From the IMG/VR virus record IMGVR_UViG_3300022602_001838, positions 1 through 64,000 of that record: a DNA stretch of 64,000 bases; one strand, 5' to 3'. Under the pieces are notes generated by a model, which was given only the letters and a program-made list of their open reading frames with translations, ran no database searches and was not told the DNA's origin. Below are positions 45,130-55,600 of the stretch, one piece after another (the first letter of the stretch is position 1; each line of letters starts with the position of its first letter). This stretch comes from a virus. Both the position numbers and the translations under genes were made by a program.

Positions 45130-46065
45130 TCAAGGCATTCTGCGCTTTATTTCACCCATTACCTGATGTGCTTTGACCGTAGTCAGTGTACCTGGTCGTT
45201 TGACTTCTATCCAGCTGATGTTTGGTTCTTCTGTAATAGTCTGAACAACTTCAAATCCAATACCCTCGCAAGTCGGCACCAAGATACTCTTGGGGATAAA
45301 GGTCTGTGCAAAGTTTTCTGCCATACCAGCACCTGCAGGAGTATCACCATCGTTGTAACTGAACAAGAATACTCCGCCTGTACGTAGTAAGTTCTTAACG
45401 CTTTTCAGAACCTGTGTGATTGTATCCAAACTCACATAGTTGAAGTGTCCCCAACTGAATATAAATCCAAACTGTTCCTGGGGCAAGGGTGCAAAGTCGT
45501 ATTCTTTATTTAGGTATTTGCGCAGGCGTTGTTGATATTCTGGAGGGAACTTGCTGTTAGCACTATCCAGAAAACCCTGATACTTGTCCATAATGTACAA
45601 GGGATCGGCAGCAACTAAGTACTGCGTCCACTCACCGTCACGACAACCAATCTCTAGTGCAGGGTATTGCCAACTTGTATAGAGTTGAATACGCTGACGA
45701 ACCATATCTTCTACTTCGGGTCTTAGATGAATACGACGGTGATTTCTAACGTGGTCAATTCCTCCGTCGTGTTCTTCTAGTTCGTAGTTGTCTACAAACA
45801 ATTTGTGACTTACTTGATCGATTCTGCCCTGTATGTCAGCAATCTTGTATTTAAAGTCATCATAGGGCGCAACTACTTGATCCAACAAGGTTGAATAATA
45901 TTGAACCAAGCCCTCGATATAATCCAAGTTGTCTTGCTCAATCACTGGCACTTGCAGTTTTACATTCTCAATATGATTGCGTAATCTTGCTATGGATTCT
46001 TCAATCTCTTGTGTGTTAAAACTATCTAGCAGTGATTTCTTTAGTGTGACTAGATCGTAGAGCAT
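45130..46065 (-). CDS. Class I SAM-dependent methyltransferase with N-terminal coiled coil
   Basis: LEIGCRDG and LLRTGGVFLF motifs. Confidence 0.75.
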   Translation of the reverse strand: MLYDLVTLKKSLLDSFNTQEIEESIARLRNHIENVKLQVPVIEQDNLDYIEGLVQYYSTLLDQVVAPYDDFKYKIADIQGRIDQVSHKLFVDNYELEEHDGGIDHVRNHRRIHLRPEVEDMVRQRIQLYTSWQYPALEIGCRDGEWTQYLVAADPLYIMDKYQGFLDSANSKFPPEYQQRLRKYLNKEYDFAPLPQEQFGFIFSWGHFNYVSLDTITQVLKSVKNLLRTGGVFLFSYNDGDTPAGAGMAENFAQTFIPKSILVPTCEGIGFEVVQTITEEPNISWIEVKRPGTLTTVKAHQVMGEIKRRMP

Positions 46066-46066
46066 A

Positions 46067-48727
46067 TCAGTCCCAGCTGAATAGATTGTCGAATGTTGAT
46101 TTAGTATCAGTGTGAGCAAGAATATCCCACTCTAGTACGCCCAACAAGTTTTCTACTTTCTGGTCAACAATGGTTGATTGCATAGTCTCTTGGTCGAATG
46201 GCAACTGTTTGAACCAATCGGGAATATTTGCCTGATCGATTGGATAGCCCACTGATGTATAGTCCAAAGGATTATCTTTGAGTTTACATACAATTGTTTT
46301 CATACCGTCAACAATCTTCATTGAATAATTGTCAGCATACATTCTGCGTAGAGTATTCCAATTCATAGCAGCACGAACGTGTCCAGGCATATTTGCTTTG
46401 CCCAGTCGTTGTTCATCTGCTGTGTATTTTGTCAGATTGTTCACACGCTTGGGTGTGCCCTTCTCCCACGCTGGCAGATCGTTGAAGTCTAGTTTGAATT
46501 TACGAATCTTTTCATAGATGTGTTCTTTATCGCTGCCAGTCAATACATCCAACAAGATTGCGCTCAAGAAATCCTGAACTAGTTTTGGCGTATCTGATCG
46601 TTTCAAGTCCAAGCCCATAGCCTTGACTTTGCCTGGCTTGCCATCAACATCTAGTCGTTTGCCCTCAAGATCAAAAATCAGTACAGCATACCGCTTCTTC
46701 TTGATGAACAAGCCCTTTTCAGCAATCAGTTCACGACCACCCTTGATGATAGCACCCATTTCACGTGGACAATGACAAGCACGTTCCATGAACGGTGGAA
46801 AACTTTCATTCACGCTGTCTGCGATTGTGTCATAGAGTGCGATACAAACGTCCTTGTTCCATTCCATCTTGCCAGCACGAATATCTTTTTCAAAGATTGG
46901 GTATGCACTGAAATAAACTGAGTCAGTATCACCATAGATGATTGATTTGCCCACGTGATCGTATTCACCAGTCAGACATTCATTAACGTGTGCATCCATA
47001 TGACGAGCAATGCTACGACCAGTAAGAGTAGTTGATTGACCAATGCGTTTGTCAAAGAATCTACAGCCAGCGTTCAAAATCGCACCGTACAAACTGTTCA
47101 AGTTAATCTTCTTAACAAGCTGACGTTTGTCCCAGTACGCCTTGTCCGCATCTGTCTCGGCTTCTTTCTTCTTGGCCTGCATTTCTTTACGTTCTGCATA
47201 CCAACGTTTCAACAAGCCGGGAATGATACCTTCAACGTCATATCTAAAGATAGTACCGTTTGCACTCAGAGTCCAGGGCTGATTGCTGTCAAAGATTAGA
47301 TGCCAGACTTCTGCTGCTGTGTGCGTAGTACTGCCACCCTCTTCCCAATCAATTGTGATTTCTGTGCCCTGTTCCATATTCATCACAGCGTTATACTCAA
47401 GACAGGCAAACAAACCTTCCCACGAGTCAGCGAAACTACTGCCAGCAGCCTGTTTCTGCGACAAGTGATGATCGGTCATTGTTTGTCTGAATTGCCCAAC
47501 GATGGTTTCGGGTCCCATGTTGAGTGCTCGAATAGTCGAGGGATAGAGTGAGTTAATGTCGATTGCCCCGATGTAGTCGTGCATACCTCTTTTGGGCGTA
47601 GCAACATAGGCACCTGCGGCTTGCGTTGATTCAGAGTCGTCATACTTCTTTCTATTTGGAACGATCATACCACGTCCGTGAGCCTCGTTGATGATGGCCT
47701 GCTCTGTAACTGCGACTGCACCCATAGTAGTCGCCAACAACACGGTATTATCGTGAGCAATTTCGTTGGCCAGGTCGATGAAACGTAGTTTCTTGTCTAG
47801 CTTTGCCAACAACATGGTATCTTGTCTGTTATAGTCGATGAACTTGTAGAAGTCAGTGTTGTACAACTGATCCAATGTGCCTTCGTAGGCAACTTTACGT
47901 TCATCAAGTTCGTATTCGCCAATGGCGTCCAAACTATAACTGTGTCGTTCTTCGTAGGTATACTTGCGATAGAGTTGCATATAGTCCATATGCACACGAC
48001 CAATTAAATCGTATGTAATGTTCTTTGCACCAAATCGCTCAAACTCACGCTGTTTGGGAAACTGATTCCACAAACACATTCTGCGTGTATCATCTTTGCT
48101 AAGAATGCGAATGATACGCCCAACAGTATAGGGTACGTCGAAGCCTTCGCTGTTCCAGCCACTCATAATATCTGCGTCTTCGATCAGGTCAAGGAATGTA
48201 TTGAGCATATCCTCTTCTCTGTCAAACAGATAGCAGTTTTCAAATCTGTTGCAGATTTCTTCTGCCGATTCCCAGCTATAACTCTTTGGAGGCAAGGCCA
48301 ATGTTACCATCTTGTCGCACCAATCAAGGTACACTGAGATAGCAGTTATAGCGTTAAATGGGTCTTCTGGGGGAGCATAGCCTTTCTCAGGGTGGAAATC
48401 CACCTCAATGTCGAAAAATGCTGTTTGTAGTTTAGGTGAATCGATTCCAAGATAGTTATTTGAGAGGCATCTAAACACGGGGTTAAAGTCACTCTCCCAC
48501 AATCTCTTGTTATCTTGAATCTTGAGTTCTTTGTGAAACTCTTTGCTATTGCGAGTGCTGAATCTACTGACAGGAGTCCCATAAATTGTGGTAAATTTAC
48601 CTTTGGGATCGTCATAATAGAATGTATATTCAGCTGGGTATTCTCGGTATTCTCTGACGCCGTTCACTCGTTCTACGATGTGAATACGGTCTTTTTGCCT
48701 GTCGTACAGGGCATCAACGTAACTCAT
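46067..48727 (-). CDS. Family B DNA polymerase
   Basis: Exonuclease motifs FFDIEV, GWNSEGFD, YNRQD; polymerase motifs DINSLYPS, KINLNSLYG, YGDTDS, KKKRY. Confidence 0.97.
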   Translation of the reverse strand: MSYVDALYDRQKDRIHIVERVNGVREYREYPAEYTFYYDDPKGKFTTIYGTPVSRFSTRNSKEFHKELKIQDNKRLWESDFNPVFRCLSNNYLGIDSPKLQTAFFDIEVDFHPEKGYAPPEDPFNAITAISVYLDWCDKMVTLALPPKSYSWESAEEICNRFENCYLFDREEDMLNTFLDLIEDADIMSGWNSEGFDVPYTVGRIIRILSKDDTRRMCLWNQFPKQREFERFGAKNITYDLIGRVHMDYMQLYRKYTYEERHSYSLDAIGEYELDERKVAYEGTLDQLYNTDFYKFIDYNRQDTMLLAKLDKKLRFIDLANEIAHDNTVLLATTMGAVAVTEQAIINEAHGRGMIVPNRKKYDDSESTQAAGAYVATPKRGMHDYIGAIDINSLYPSTIRALNMGPETIVGQFRQTMTDHHLSQKQAAGSSFADSWEGLFACLEYNAVMNMEQGTEITIDWEEGGSTTHTAAEVWHLIFDSNQPWTLSANGTIFRYDVEGIIPGLLKRWYAERKEMQAKKKEAETDADKAYWDKRQLVKKINLNSLYGAILNAGCRFFDKRIGQSTTLTGRSIARHMDAHVNECLTGEYDHVGKSIIYGDTDSVYFSAYPIFEKDIRAGKMEWNKDVCIALYDTIADSVNESFPPFMERACHCPREMGAIIKGGRELIAEKGLFIKKKRYAVLIFDLEGKRLDVDGKPGKVKAMGLDLKRSDTPKLVQDFLSAILLDVLTGSDKEHIYEKIRKFKLDFNDLPAWEKGTPKRVNNLTKYTADEQRLGKANMPGHVRAAMNWNTLRRMYADNYSMKIVDGMKTIVCKLKDNPLDYTSVGYPIDQANIPDWFKQLPFDQETMQSTIVDQKVENLLGVLEWDILAHTDTKSTFDNLFSWD

Positions 48728-48802
48728 AATCTCTCCGTATGTGATTTAAAGCTCACACTCACTCTACATGCCAGTTTATAGTCAGGCGACGACTTAAAAT
48801 AT

Positions 48803-49093
48803 TTATGCAACAATCATTCGCACCAGGCCAATAGTGTCGATTGAAGTCAAGAGGATATAGTTGGCCAACATCCCAAAACTCTTGCGAGTCCACGCAGCCC
48901 AAGCATACATAGCACAGCCACTGATCCATATAGGATATAGGGCAAAAAGAGGAGGGTTAGGTACTGTGCAAGCCATAGTGAGGCTGCAACCAATACTAGT
49001 AGCCCAAGCAAGTAGCTCAATGCAAAACCTAAATGGATGTGTTTTGTAGTCATCTTTGATCCACAGGAAAATGTTGGCCAATATATCGTTCAT
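48803..49093 (-). CDS. Small three-helix membrane protein
   Basis: Three hydrophobic segments. Confidence 0.65.
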   Translation of the reverse strand: MNDILANIFLWIKDDYKTHPFRFCIELLAWATSIGCSLTMACTVPNPPLFALYPIWISGCAMYAWAAWTRKSFGMLANYILLTSIDTIGLVRMIVA

Positions 49094-49158
49094 AATAAAT
49101 TTACAATCAGTGGTTTATAAAGTAATATATTGTTTCGTCTGATTGTAAAGTGCGTGAG

Positions 49159-49425
49159 TCACAGTGTTTTCCCAACAGTTTCTAGAATAGTGTTGAGTTC
49201 ATCGTGATCACGATTGGTCTCACCCAACTTGGCTTTATGTGCAATTTTCAGTGCCTTTTTCAGCGTTGCTGGTTTGATTTCCAATTCTTCTGCTACTGCT
49301 TTGACAGTATCATTCAGACCTGCGTTGAGGTCTTCGATTTCTTGCAACACACTCATACCTTCATTGATGAGTTGTGTCAATTTGATTTTGGCTTCGCCAT
49401 TGAATGTGCGGTCGTAATCGCTCAT
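49159..49425 (-). CDS. DsbA/GapR-like dsDNA-binding protein
   Basis: Coiled coil followed by EELEIKP..LKKALKIAHK; AGGAG RBS. Confidence 0.6.
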   Translation of the reverse strand: MSDYDRTFNGEAKIKLTQLINEGMSVLQEIEDLNAGLNDTVKAVAEELEIKPATLKKALKIAHKAKLGETNRDHDELNTILETVGKTL

Positions 49426-49487
49426 AAGTTCTCCTAAGTGATAATCTATTGTATAAGTTTATGCGTTGATTTTCAAGTTAAACGGTG

Positions 49488-50618
49488 TTATCCCTTGAAT
49501 TGTTCCAGCAGAATAGTGATGGCTTCTCTGACACCGGGGTCGTGCATATAGTACTGCTTTAGGTCTTTGTCCAAATAAGCTGGTCGCTTCATTGGATCTC
49601 CTGCGATACTTTCTGACTTGCGTTTGTTTTCAAAGTAGTCCATATTCTTATCCAAATCATAGATATATGATTTTGGTTCTTGTTTGTGTCGCTTGGGGTC
49701 AGCACACAATCTATCTAAATTACTATAACTCCAAGATTGGAAGTAGTCTGTGTTATAGAATGTGTCTGCGTTGTATTGTACCAGTGTACTCTGTGCAATG
49801 GATTTTCTGCCCTTGCTGTCTCTGGTATCAAAGAATGGTCTCAGCATACTGAATTCCCATTTCAAATTGTAGTAATGCCACCACCACCAATCTGATATGG
49901 TGTTGATACCTTCAATACCGACTTCTTCAATGTTTGCGCTGACTTTATCTGTGTACCAATCGGCAAAACTCTGACTGGCGCCTTTGTTAACTATGCCCTG
50001 TGCAATCAATCTTCGATTGTTGCGCCAAGGCAGTAAGTGCTGTTTATCTGCTAACAGATACTCATACATGGGCATACTGGGTCCAAACAAACAATCTCCT
50101 GGGTCACCGTGCGCAACAATGTGCGATTTGACGAACTCATCAGTGACATTTAGTGTAGCAGTTTCACGGCATTCTATTTTGCCTTCTATGAATTCTTGAT
50201 AGAAATGTGGGTTTTCTTCTACACTTTTTGCCGAATGATAGATAACAATCTGTTCTAGGTCGTTAGTGTTCTTTATCAAGGCACTGAGCACACAAGTGCT
50301 ATCAATGCCCCCACTCCACATCACAGCTATTCTACGATCTTGTGCAAGCAACTCTGTTGCTCTGCGATCCAACAAGTCGCTTAACTTGTCCTGAACATAA
50401 TACAATTCGGGAGCAGCAAATACGGGATTGCTAGTTGCTGACCAAGGATTAGTAAATGTGCCCTGTCTGGCTCTAAGATCGTGTAGCCCCAATACATAGA
50501 AAGCAATCTCTGCCCAATGTTGACCTTTTCCAGCAACACGCATCTGACGTATTGGCAAACATACCATAGCACTTGACTTTAATCCGGCTAAATGGTAATC
50601 TACGTAACGTGGGTTCAT
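49488..50618 (-). CDS. PP-loop / asparagine-synthetase-C-like protein
   Basis: VMWSGGIDST, HGDPGDCLFG and WW...NLKW motifs. Confidence 0.7.
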   Translation of the reverse strand: MNPRYVDYHLAGLKSSAMVCLPIRQMRVAGKGQHWAEIAFYVLGLHDLRARQGTFTNPWSATSNPVFAAPELYYVQDKLSDLLDRRATELLAQDRRIAVMWSGGIDSTCVLSALIKNTNDLEQIVIYHSAKSVEENPHFYQEFIEGKIECRETATLNVTDEFVKSHIVAHGDPGDCLFGPSMPMYEYLLADKQHLLPWRNNRRLIAQGIVNKGASQSFADWYTDKVSANIEEVGIEGINTISDWWWWHYYNLKWEFSMLRPFFDTRDSKGRKSIAQSTLVQYNADTFYNTDYFQSWSYSNLDRLCADPKRHKQEPKSYIYDLDKNMDYFENKRKSESIAGDPMKRPAYLDKDLKQYYMHDPGVREAITILLEQFKG

Positions 50619-50653
50619 TGTTGAATTCTACAGGAATTTTAGAGGAAAATAAA

Positions 50654-50744
50654 TGCTCACTTTACCCAGAGAATGGCGTTTATCTGGGATTCGGCAGCAG
50701 CCGCCGACACCTTCGTAACTAAGTACGGTCCTAAGGTAGGTGTT
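50654..50744 (-). ncRNA. Candidate structured RNA (three stems plus possible pseudoknot)
   Basis: ACACCU/AGGUGU enclosing CCUUAGG and CGUA/UACG; CGGC/GCCG with loop GGCUGCU; CCCAGA/UCUGGG; 3' AGCA complementary to loop UGCU; CTAAATA just upstream. Confidence 0.55.
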
Positions 50745-51282
50745 AAGAATATTTAGCGCGGAATGTAGCGTATAGGCTATATCTACTGGAATCTTTGACT
50801 GGATTAAGCATACCGTGTGGTAATCGTCTGTTGCAAATAGTTATGTAACCTGAATTTGGTACGAAAGCACAAGTATGTCTGCCTTTAGTAGTATACCAAG
50901 TAGTGCCAATATATGGGTCTAGACTTTGAATATAGACCTGAAAATGTGCATATACAACATTATCATCTTCGTGGAATGGAATCATATAACCAGGATCGTC
51001 ACGCCAGACTCTGACCTGATTGCATTGTATGTTTTGATTGTCTAGTAGTTCAATGATACCAGACATATCAACTGAGGTCAATTCTTCTAAGATGCCATCA
51101 TTGACCCAAGTCAATTCTTGTCTTAAATTACTTGCTGTACTTTGTACAAATGCTTCTTGGTCTAGCCCAAGCACAGTTTGTTTGATGTATTCAAAATCAG
51201 CAGAGTCAAAAAATTGACCAACACTCCATAGCCCATCGTCCAAAGGTACTACGTCTGATAGATTTAACTTGAGTTTTTTCAT
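50743..51282 (-). CDS. 2OG-Fe(II) oxygenase-like protein
   Basis: HED (HxD)...PHG...RYSLY. Confidence 0.7.
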   Translation of the reverse strand: MKKLKLNLSDVVPLDDGLWSVGQFFDSADFEYIKQTVLGLDQEAFVQSTASNLRQELTWVNDGILEELTSVDMSGIIELLDNQNIQCNQVRVWRDDPGYMIPFHEDDNVVYAHFQVYIQSLDPYIGTTWYTTKGRHTCAFVPNSGYITICNRRLPHGMLNPVKDSSRYSLYATFRAKYS

Positions 51283-52241
51283 TAGAATAAGTCTGGGTTT
51301 TGGTCAGCAAAGTCACGCATCAACACACCCGCTTGTGCGTTGGCTTCGTTCTCGATCTCACTGCCAGTATCACCGTCGCCTGGTTGAATTCTGTCTTCTT
51401 CACGTTGTTTGTGATGTGTGAGTTCGTGACCCAATGTTCGCAGCATATCCATGATATGACGATCTCGGTATGCTACTTGTACGGTATTTGTATTTGGATC
51501 AAATAGACCAAATGTTGGATGTTCTGTAGAACCAATCTCTGCTACAAGTTTAATCTTTGGTAGTCGTTTAATACCCAAAGATTTAACGCAGTGTTTGACA
51601 AAGTTGTTGCCAACTCGATGTAGGTCTGGCTCGGCAGATTCTTTTAAGTGTTCTTTTTGGAATGTGTCAGCAAAGGCCTTACACATTTTTTCAATATCTG
51701 GATTGTTTGTGAAGCGAATATCAAAGTCGTTGTGCTCAACTTCTTGATGTTCTGGATCACGGTATCCGCAATAGACCACTTTAACAGGAGTAGTTTCAAT
51801 CAGTTCGTTGCAGCTAATGCCCTGTCTGTCTGGCATATCATCTACACAAGGACTCAGTGTAGTAACAATCACAGCATCTTCGGGTATCTCGCCATACATA
51901 CTCTTGAACTTGTCTAGTGCTCTGCGTTCAGCATGTGCCCACTTACCTTCAAAATGGCTAGTGGCGCAGACCTTTTTACCGTCGCCGATTACCGCAGCAG
52001 CAACAAGTCCACTACCACTGTCTTTGCGTTTGTTTTTGATGATCAGATCGCAGAGTTCTACTAGAACATCATCATAATCAGTTTCTTGTGATTCTGCTAG
52101 ATCAAATGCTTTGAGATTCTTTTGTATCTGTCCTGGACGAACATCCTTGGTCAGACTCATACTATAACGAGGGTCTTTAGCTTGTGATTTCGTAGCAATC
52201 ACGCCAGTACCACCAGCCTCAAACAACTCGTAGATATTCAT
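51282..52241 (-). CDS. Modular putative head protein: deaminase domain plus zincin-like domain
   Basis: MNIYELFE leader; HAE...TTLSPC...C (CDA/RibD-like); LRTLGHELTH...E.EAN (HExxH). Confidence 0.7.
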   Translation of the reverse strand: MNIYELFEAGGTGVIATKSQAKDPRYSMSLTKDVRPGQIQKNLKAFDLAESQETDYDDVLVELCDLIIKNKRKDSGSGLVAAAVIGDGKKVCATSHFEGKWAHAERRALDKFKSMYGEIPEDAVIVTTLSPCVDDMPDRQGISCNELIETTPVKVVYCGYRDPEHQEVEHNDFDIRFTNNPDIEKMCKAFADTFQKEHLKESAEPDLHRVGNNFVKHCVKSLGIKRLPKIKLVAEIGSTEHPTFGLFDPNTNTVQVAYRDRHIMDMLRTLGHELTHHKQREEDRIQPGDGDTGSEIENEANAQAGVLMRDFADQNPDLF

Positions 52242-52681
52242 TTCAAGACGCTTCTTAACATCCAGCTGTGTTTGCGATGTGCGTCCATACGCTCTGCTAA
52301 GAAGTTGCTGAATCCGTGTTCACCTTCTGCCTCAGCAACATCATAGACCATCTTTAACAAGATGCACATTTTGTCGCTGTCTTCTAGCAACATAGTGACC
52401 ATAGCACCATCTGGGATGACTTCGGTTTGGTCTTCAATACGAGTAAGAACACTCAACTTGCTCAAACTACCTGGAGCGTAGCAGTCTAAGGCGCGCAACT
52501 TTTCAGCAAAGTCATCTATGATGCCATAGACTTCTTCGTAGATGTTTTTAAATAGTTCGTGGAACTGTTGAAAGTGAACACCTTCGACATTCCAGTGAAA
52601 CTCGTGTGCCTTAAGATAGAAAGCAAACTCGCTGGCGAATGCGATTCTGGCTGCTTGCTGTAGTTGTGATAGTTCTTCCAT
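52238..52681 (-). CDS. dps: Dps DNA-protection ferritin-like protein
   Basis: HWNVEG..F...HELF..IY......D.FAE..R...HRKH.WML; TATAAATA 4 nt upstream. Confidence 0.93.
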   Translation of the reverse strand: MEELSQLQQAARIAFASEFAFYLKAHEFHWNVEGVHFQQFHELFKNIYEEVYGIIDDFAEKLRALDCYAPGSLSKLSVLTRIEDQTEVIPDGAMVTMLLEDSDKMCILLKMVYDVAEAEGEHGFSNFLAERMDAHRKHSWMLRSVLK

Positions 52682-52688
52682 ACTGTAT

Positions 52689-55600
52689 TTATATAATGTC
52701 GTATCCAGCTCGTTTCATAGCATAAAGACGACTTTCCATGATTTCATCTTCGTCAAATGGTAACTCTGTTTGCAACTCTTCTGGATCGTGCAACAACTCT
52801 TGTGTATGTCCCGGAGTTACCTTCATTGGGGCATTAGCTGGATTTTTCAATCCTCTGAGCTGACTTATCAAAGCATCTTTTTGGATTGTTAGTCTGGCTT
52901 TTTGACTTGAATCATCCCCGTAACTTCCAGGTATTTTATCCAACTGTTTTTGAATCAATTTGATCTGTTGCTGTAACTGTGTGATTGAGTCGTGATCATT
53001 GCTCTTAGCTGGAGCTGCTACTGGTGCTGGGGTAGGATGAACTTGTTGTTTTAGTTCATCTTTAGCAACTGGTTTGTCCAACTCTTTTCTAATCACTTCA
53101 CGCTCTTTGCTGTCTTGGTCTTTTTTCTGTTGAACTGGCACATCTGCGGCACGGACTTTGCTTGGCAAAGTTTGTGTTTTGACTTGATCAACTCGTTGAC
53201 TCAATCTGCGTAACAAATCTTGTTGCTGTTTGTTAACAGTTTCAACACCCTGTAACTCTCGTTCAGTACTGTCTAGTTCTGAGCTTAATGGATCTAGTTG
53301 ACGCAAAATTTTGTTGACCTGTGCGTAGTTGTCTCTGGTCTGTTTAGCAACCCCGCTCAAATATCCAAACACTGCGTCTGTATCGCTTTGTGCTTCTGGG
53401 TTAGTACGGCGAGCAACTCTGATTAGTTCTTTACCAGCTGGGCTAGAGATAGCTTCGTTGGTCTTTTGCTTTTGTGGTTGTTGACGTTGTTGTTTGCGTT
53501 TTTCTTGTTGAGCAACACGTTTGACCATGTCTTGATACTCATCACCATAATCAGCTTCTTGGTCTTTTTTCTTGCTTTCACCCAAGCTGCCCATACCACT
53601 ACCACCCACTGGGCTAGTTGTGTCTGTGACTGGAGCAATGCCGCCTCCGCCAAAGCCGCCACCGTATTGATCCTCACGAGTGTAGTTTCCAATTGGCTGC
53701 AGGATAAAATCCTCTGCACTTAACTTTTGTCTTGTTGGATCAGCTTCTGCTTTATGAACATATGTGTCGATGACTCGTTTAGCCATGATGTGATTAACTG
53801 CCTTAGCAACTATGATTTTTTTATTACTACGGTGTGGATTATAAATCACATTGACTTTTTGATCTGAGTGGAATATTCTAGACTCATCCACTTCGCCTCC
53901 TGGACTTGCACTACCCACTTGTTGTCCATCAGAGTTCATAATAAATATGGCCTCATTGCGAGCATTGGCAAGTTCTTGAGCCGCTTGAATAGCATCGCCT
54001 CCTCCCCAAAATTGACCAAGCATTGTGCCTTGCGCATCTGTTAGATTGAATGAATCGTCGTCGGTGTCATCGTTGTATTCATTTTCCTGTGGTCTTGCAC
54101 CGCCTACACGACCTGCATCGTCATTTACAAACACATGGATGTTGCGTTGATTTGCATATTGCTGTGCGGCATCTAGTGCATCTTCTTCTGAACCATTTAT
54201 GATATCAATAAGACCACCTTCGCTGTTTGTTAAACTATATTGACCCTGCGCAAGTCTTTGTTCTTGGTCTGCTGTGCGCTGACTTGTAAACTTGGCTGCA
54301 TCGGCTTTTGGAGCTGCCTTAGTGCCTGGTAATGGAAGTGGTTTACTTGTATCACCACGCAGTGCTTTAACAGCATCAACAAATCCTGGATCTGTTTGTT
54401 TAATGGTCTGCATATAGCCAATACCAACAGCATTCTTATCACGGTTCTCGTTATACATACCAAATGCACTACCACGTTCAGTACCATGAGCGCTGAATTT
54501 ATCAGCAAACTGTTCCAAGGTACTTCGTTTTGTTGGGAACATTTCGAGGCGTAAGAAGTTTTCTGGTGCTGCCGAAGCAATATTTTCTTTTGTTGCTGTA
54601 GCAAATCCACTATCTGCTAACAATCGTTCGCGGGCACTTGGATCTGGTACAACTTTGACAGTTATTCTACCAGTCCCGTAGTTAGATTTTGCCCAATATT
54701 TGGCAGCTTCTATTGCTTGTTCTGGTGTGCTACCACGAGTCGTAACAACATCAACAAAACGAACTGGAATACCACGAGCCGCAATAGAACGAATATCAGT
54801 TAATGCCAATTTATCAGAGTTTGAAACTTCAGGAGCTTTCATCATCTTGACCAACTTACCAACATATTCATCACGATAGGCAGTTGGATCACTTGCGATA
54901 ATCATGGCACGAACAAAACGGCCCACTGTGTTGGCAATATCTGCTGCCTTGCTCAAATAGTCACCACCTGCGTGTCTGAATGAAACATACTTGCCGTTAA
55001 AGTTGACTGTGGCAAAGTGATCGTCGCTGATGCGTTTGACCATCTCTTTCATTTCTTTTTCTGCGTCTTTGAATGTGGTAGAACCAACAGTTGGCAAACT
55101 ACCGTTGCCCTTTAGATTATTGATAACACTGCGAGCATAGCTGTTGTTTTCACGACCAAACTGTTTCAACACATAGTTGTCACCAATGAATGTTGCCAAC
55201 TTTAGCACATCAAGTTTGTCCGGAATACTGACATTGATGTGTAGGCCAGTAGAGTTGTTGGTATAGAAGTTTAACTGTTGTGCTTTCTGATACCATGTGC
55301 GTAGTGCTGTCATTGCAGCATCTGCCTTCAGTGGGGGACTAACAACCTCTGCTGCATAATCGCCCTGATTTGGGCGCAAGCTACCGTCTGGTTCAATATA
55401 CCAACGGTCAAGTTTCTTTGTTGCTTGGTGATACCCTCGGAAGATTTCCATGTTGTCACCAAACACATCTTTAAGATTTGCCTTCAAAAACTCAGCGCCG
55501 TCCATGTAATCGCCACTGTGGCTACTGCGTCTGCGTGGTGCTAAACTTGCTGGTTCAGCGGCCCCGGGAGTAACATAGTACCAAAGTTTTTCTTTTAGAG

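Noticed and set aside
46067-48727. Intein or group I intron in the DNA polymerase
   Set aside because: The ORF is continuous, of normal length, with exonuclease and polymerase motifs in order and no splice-junction signatures.
29135-50618. Calling one of the SGGxDS proteins QueC
   Set aside because: They lack the YGQ(R)H motif and the C-terminal Cys-rich Zn site of QueC; only the generic PP-loop is shared.
50654-50744. The structured element as a tRNA or a simple terminator
   Set aside because: There is no cloverleaf with D/T-loop consensus (no TTCRA) or acceptor stem, and the stems are not directly followed by a U-run.
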